Shown here piece after piece: positions 28,327 through 32,000 of a stretch of DNA of 32,000 nucleotides. This stretch comes from Telmatocola sphagniphila. Lineage in GTDB: Bacteria; Planctomycetota; Planctomycetia; Gemmatales; Gemmataceae. A program made the translations under genes and the position numbers. The DNA lies in assembly GCF_018398935.1 (NCBI RefSeq), contig NZ_CP074694.1, positions 4,800,001 through 4,832,000 on the forward strand, in the 5' to 3' direction. The notes beneath the pieces are model-generated. The model was not told where the DNA came from, did not search any database, and worked only from the letters and a program-made list of their open reading frames with translations. How positions within the stretch are numbered: the first letter of the stretch is position 1; every line of letters starts with the position of its first letter.

Positions 28327-29864
28327 TGAGAGAACCCAGCAATCAAGACAATTTTTCTCATCATTCAGAACTACCAGAGCCCTTTCGAGTTGCCGTCGAG
28401 GCTATCTTGAACGAGCCGGCTCCGAAGCTGATTTCGAGTCAATTTGATTTTTTGAGAACTCGACCCGTTCGAACACCCTCCTATGCCTGGATGATCCGGG
28501 GGGCGGCATGCTCGGCAGTCTGCGCTGCTGCGATTCTGTTGCTGTTGGCGATGACCTTTTCTCCGTCGGATGCCTGGTCGCAGGTTCTAAAAAACGCCCA
28601 GAAGCAAGCTTGGATTCGAATAACGGAGAATGGGGCAGAGAAAAATAAGACGAGTGAAATCTGGTTCTCCGCAACGAAGGGAATGTTTGCCATCGTGTCT
28701 CCGGAAGAAGTGAGTTTTGCCAACTTTGATGAGAAGAAAATACAGAAGTTCGATAGGCGCACAAAAACGATCACCGTAGGGGAGTTTGACTCAGACAATC
28801 GGACCGAAGCCATGGCATTTGACAATGTTTTCCGGTCGATTTCGGCAAGCAAGCTTGTTTCTTTAGATCGAATCGGTGAGGGCAAAATTGTTGACCGCCG
28901 AACCACTACGCGAAATGAGGGGGATCATCGCTGGACGGAATATATGTTTTTGCTCGAGTTTCGAAACAGTTCCCCCGCAAACTTACAATTAACGTACCAC
29001 GTCCCTGCTGAGACGGAGCTTGCCAATAAAATAGTGGAAGAGTGGACGGAAGAAGGAGTGCGAGTTTCACGCACCTGCAAGATCGATTATCCTTCTTCAG
29101 GCCCCGAAACTATATACGCACTTAATGTTCCGAACGAATCCAAAATTGTTGATACACGTTATACGGAGGAACTGAAAGTTTTACTTAAAGAGTATGTTAA
29201 ACAACAGAAAACACAATTTGATCCATACTCTGCTACTGTGATGTCAACAATCGTGGATTGGAAAGAAATTAATTTGGACGTCATTAAGCTCCAGTATACC
29301 GGATCAGAATACTCCGCCAAGCAAGTCGATGGGGATCAGATTTTCAAATTGGTTCGCGAAGCCGACCCCACTAAAGTTCCGGCGGCGGATGATCGGATTA
29401 AGTGGTGGAAGGAGCAAGTCGACAAACTCTGTTTTGAAACCTGGGGGGATAAAAACATGTTTTTCCCAGGTCAGACTTTCGTCCCGGATCTGATTGGACA
29501 CCCTTTGCTTGGACTCGTTCCATACAACCTACGAGTCACAATGAATTCAAAACCACAGATTGGTCCAAGCAATTGTAACTTGGTAACTGTTGAAGATGCC
29601 AAAACTGGCAAAATTCTGAATCGCTATTGGTTGTCCCCAGATCAGCAGTTGCTTTGTCTTCGGTCTGAACGATTTCCGGAGAAACCGATTGATTTGATTT
29701 CGGTGACTGTGATTGAGGAGGTCGAACAATCTCCTAAAGGTCGCTATTACGCGACTCTCTACCGGCAGGGAGAGGTCAAGCAGAGCGGTGACGATCTGAA
29801 GCCTACCGGAGTATCGCCTGGAGCGACCGTCATCAGGAAGTTTCTCGTTGAGTTTTCGAAGTAG
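28326..29864 (+). CDS. single-pass membrane protein co-transcribed with the ECF sigma factor (putative anti-sigma factor/sensor)
   Basis: TAATG stop/start overlap, with AAGGAG at 28313-28318. The layout is a 60-aa cytoplasmic N-terminus, one TM helix (GAACSAVCAAAILLLLAMTF) and a 430-aa extracytoplasmic domain with no recognised motif. No zinc HxxxCxxC motif is present. Confidence 0.6.
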   Translation: MREPSNQDNFSHHSELPEPFRVAVEAILNEPAPKLISSQFDFLRTRPVRTPSYAWMIRGAACSAVCAAAILLLLAMTFSPSDAWSQVLKNAQKQAWIRITENGAEKNKTSEIWFSATKGMFAIVSPEEVSFANFDEKKIQKFDRRTKTITVGEFDSDNRTEAMAFDNVFRSISASKLVSLDRIGEGKIVDRRTTTRNEGDHRWTEYMFLLEFRNSSPANLQLTYHVPAETELANKIVEEWTEEGVRVSRTCKIDYPSSGPETIYALNVPNESKIVDTRYTEELKVLLKEYVKQQKTQFDPYSATVMSTIVDWKEINLDVIKLQYTGSEYSAKQVDGDQIFKLVREADPTKVPAADDRIKWWKEQVDKLCFETWGDKNMFFPGQTFVPDLIGHPLLGLVPYNLRVTMNSKPQIGPSNCNLVTVEDAKTGKILNRYWLSPDQQLLCLRSERFPEKPIDLISVTVIEEVEQSPKGRYYATLYRQGEVKQSGDDLKPTGVSPGATVIRKFLVEFSK

Positions 29865-29888
29865 CAACTCTCTTCTTCAAGCACTCGA

Positions 29889-30090
29889 CCGGCGGCGGGT
29901 GGCACTGCTAAGCAAACTAAATCAACGCATGTCATTATCCAGTAACGGTTTGGGTGGAACTGGCTATTGCCAGTGCCGATTCGATATAACTCCCGCTTTT
30001 TCGGATCGAATTTGTTTCGGAGTTGGTGAAAAGTCTCTGCGATTTCTCTTTCTCAGGCACTGGCAAATAGCCAGAGCCGCCCGCCCGCGA
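29889..30090. repeat. structured repeat copy A (left arm, conserved core, partial right arm)
   Basis: Hand alignment to copy B (offset 892 bp) gives roughly 85-90% identity over about 176 nt. The left arm 29927-29975 pairs with 30058-30087, with several G-T positions. Hairpins lie at 29958-29975 and 30058-30076. Confidence 0.85.
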
Positions 30091-30208
30091 CACTCGATCA
30101 ACGACAACTGGCGCGTAAATGGTTCAAACTGTTCCCTTTACGAGGCTAAAAATTAGAGGTAACGGCGTTGAGTGCCGCCCTTCGCCTGGGGATTATTTTG
30201 CTAATCAA

Positions 30209-30541
30209 TTATCGGGCTTCGTTCGGAATCGCGATCGAAGGGAAGCCAAAATTCTCGAGTTCACTTTCCTGAAAGGCACTGGAGATAGTCAGTTCATTCA
30301 CCATGATTCCTGCCAGAATCAGGGCGTGATATATGGCCTGTACGGAATCATCGCCTTGGGCTGTCTTGAGATCATCTTCGCCAGTGTCGCGAGTTCGTAC
30401 ATTACAGGCCCAATAGTTTGATTGACCAACGTTAATGTTTACAGGCATCGATATATCGAGATACGCATAACGAGTAGTCGCGAGATCATCGACCCAAGTA
30501 AAAGTCCGAGTACAGAGAAGGGATCCGAAATCGGCAGTCAT
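30209..30541 (-). CDS. small hypothetical protein (110 aa) between repeat copies A and B
   Basis: ATG at 30541 has GGAG 6 nt upstream. The longer 154-aa track ORF starts at a TTG with an implausible W/C/F/H-rich N-terminus. The segment YWACNV...GDDSVQAIYHALILAG recalls small W-x-C...G-x-D-S-x-Q-A-L proteins of unknown function; that similarity is from memory and unverified. Confidence 0.5.
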   Translation of the reverse strand: MTADFGSLLCTRTFTWVDDLATTRYAYLDISMPVNINVGQSNYWACNVRTRDTGEDDLKTAQGDDSVQAIYHALILAGIMVNELTISSAFQESELENFGFPSIAIPNEAR

Positions 30542-30785
30542 AAATGACTCCAAGTTAGAAGAGTAATAAGTATTTTTATTTCTATGGAACAAGAACTGAA
30601 ACGAGTGTTCAGGCCCCGACAACACCAGTGGACACAATGTAAGCGATTCCACCAACAACCACGATTGTTCCAACTACAAATTCCGGGATCATTCGTTAAA
30701 ATATCCGCAATTTCACTCGCAGTCATTACCGCGAGTTCAACAGCCTCTTGACCAACCTCCACTAGACCCCTAACAGTTGATTTTA

Positions 30786-30996
30786 CGGCGGCTGCACTGG
30801 TAACCAAACTAAATCAACGCATGTCATTATTCAGAAACGTTTTGGGTGGCAATTACTATCTGCCCGTGCCGTTTCGATATAACTCCCGCTTTCGGATCGA
30901 ATTTGTTTCGGAGTTGGCGAAAAGTCTCCGAGATTTCTCTTTCTCAGTCACTGGCAGATAGCCAGTGCCACCTAAACCGTTACCTCATAATGATTT
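30786..30996. repeat. structured repeat copy B (complete: about 45-nt inverted arms around an 80-nt core)
   Basis: Left arm 30822-30868 pairs with right arm 30949-30995 at about 35 of 47 positions by hand. A perfect hairpin CACTGGC-agata-GCCAGTG lies at 30949-30967. Confidence 0.85.
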
Positions 30997-31076
30997 GCGG
31001 TGACTCTAAAGGGTTACCAGTGCCACCCGACGATAGCGCGTCGCGGTCGCGGTTATCACACGGACGGCGTGTCGAG

Positions 31077-31226
31077 CGCTATTTGCCCGTAGTTGATCGA
31101 AAGAGACGTCAATTGGTTGAAAGCTTTAGTCAGGAAAGCTATACTTGTTCAACGAAAATGGAAGATCGTTGCGATTACGCATTGGCAAATAGCCAATACC
31201 ACCCAAACCTTTACCTGACAATGACT
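31077..31226. repeat. structured repeat copy C (degenerate left arm, different core, well-preserved right arm)
   Basis: Right arm 31181-31226 (cattggcaaatagccaataccacccaaacctttacctgacaatgac) aligns to the copy B right arm. The left remnant gcgctatttgcccgt lies at 31077-31091. Confidence 0.6.
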
Positions 31227-31298
31227 TATGGCGATTTATAGAGGTTGAGTGCGATTTCCTGCTGCGTGCACATAGCACAAACCCAGAATTGGGATCGA

Positions 31299-31904
31299 AT
31301 GCTGGACACTGTTTACGAAAACTACCGGTTCACCAGAATTGCCCGGGAGTTGTTGCGAAACTCTTCTCGCGAATTCACGATCAACGAACTTCAGCAGAGA
31401 GGATATGTTTCGCGCAGAATTGCCCGCAAGATTTATCACTTCCAAAGTTTACACACTCTTTTTCACTCTTGGAACCTGCGTACTTCCGTTGTTAATGGAA
31501 TTACGGAAGCCATTGAGCTATCGACGAATTCAGACAAGCCGGAAACGACGGACGGCGTGGGAGCCTATGTCTCTTGCTTCTACCTTCTTTATGTGAGCAC
31601 CGAAGCCAACATTGATGTCAATATAATCGATTCCATGAACGCGTTCAAACTCCTGGCGAACTACTGCTTCTTCGCGGAGCATGCGAACTCAAGTCTGCTG
31701 ATGGAATTTCTTGCGATACTCCGAAAGAGGCTTTCTTCGATTAGAAAAAGCGATGCTTCCGACTATCTTTCTGCTTGTGAGCTGTGCCAGGATTTTTTGA
31801 AAAACGGTTCCGTTGATTTCTCAAAAACGGAGGATTCCGATCAATCAGAAATCACCTTCGAACTTCGGAAGCATATGAGAAGACTTATGCAAATTCGTTG
31901 CTAA
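31299..31904 (+). CDS. hypothetical protein (orphan), directly downstream of repeat copy C
   Basis: Open frame from 31245 (TTG). The first ATG at 31299 is preferred, giving 201 aa. It is predicted helical with no recognisable motif. Confidence 0.55.
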   Translation: MLDTVYENYRFTRIARELLRNSSREFTINELQQRGYVSRRIARKIYHFQSLHTLFHSWNLRTSVVNGITEAIELSTNSDKPETTDGVGAYVSCFYLLYVSTEANIDVNIIDSMNAFKLLANYCFFAEHANSSLLMEFLAILRKRLSSIRKSDASDYLSACELCQDFLKNGSVDFSKTEDSDQSEITFELRKHMRRLMQIRC

Positions 31905-31947
31905 TGGTTTCGGAAACTGGTTTCGTTTGGGATGACTGTCTGATTAG

Positions 31948-31968
31948 CGATCAGCTTTCAGCGGTCAG
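31948..31968. repeat. third heptamer array start (CGATCAG CTTTCAG CGGTCAG)
   Basis: Read directly, 44 nt after the stop at 31904. A partner inverted array, if any, lies beyond the window. Confidence 0.7.
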
Positions 31969-32000
31969 CAAATTGAGGAGGACTGGCTTTGTTTCGGGGG

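Noticed and set aside
29927-30996. Interpretation of the repeats as integron attC sites (a CALIN-type cassette array)
   Set aside because: This is only partly rejected. The arm-core-arm layout and the spacing of about 900 bp are cassette-like, and TAAC/GTTA occur in the arms. However, the flanking bases do not fit RYYYAAC/GTTRRRY (CAGTAAC, GTTACCT). The arm complementarity also extends about 11 nt beyond those sites, the elements are longer than typical attC sites, and no intI is in the window. An attC covariance-model scan is needed.
29848-31241. Plus-strand ORFs 29848..30156 (102 aa) and 30846..31241 (131 aa) reading through the structured repeats
   Set aside because: The shared peptide (C.CRFDITPAF) ends where a 2-nt indel (ttttt vs ttt) shifts the frame between copies. 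The nucleotide conservation is therefore not protein-coding.

Overview
The window looks like a Planctomycetota chromosome segment. Evidence is two DUF1559 proteins with prepilin-type N-termini, a DUF1592-class/DUF1552 gene pair, a PEP-CTERM beta-helix protein and a Tat-signal Gfo/Idh/MocA oxidoreductase. I support about 28 CDS and found no rRNA, tRNA or CRISPR array. Recognisable housekeeping and regulatory genes are nikR, surE, zwf, a cysteine desulfurase-like aminotransferase, a GNAT and an ECF sigma factor. Four things stand out. (1) A 1.4-kb AT-rich stretch (29.9-31.2 kb) holds three related structured repeats of about 180 bp. Each has roughly 45-nt inverted arms, a CACTGGC-N5-GCCAGTG hairpin and a conserved core, and they flank small orphan genes. 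(2) A dispersed element built from inverted arrays of a 7-nt unit, (CNNTCAG)n-spacer-(CTGANNG)n, occurs at 1.6-1.9 kb (including 22 perfect CTGACCG copies) and 18.45-18.66 kb, and starts again at the right edge. (3) An AT-rich 3.2-kb island (22.1-25.2 kb) encodes an endonuclease III-like glycosylase, a C5 cytosine methyltransferase and a putative PD-(D/E)xK nuclease as one overlapping operon. (4) A perfect 8-bp dyad, plausibly a NikR operator, overlaps the predicted promoter of the DUF1559 cluster. All calls come from reading the sequence and ORF translations by eye. No database search or folding program was run.
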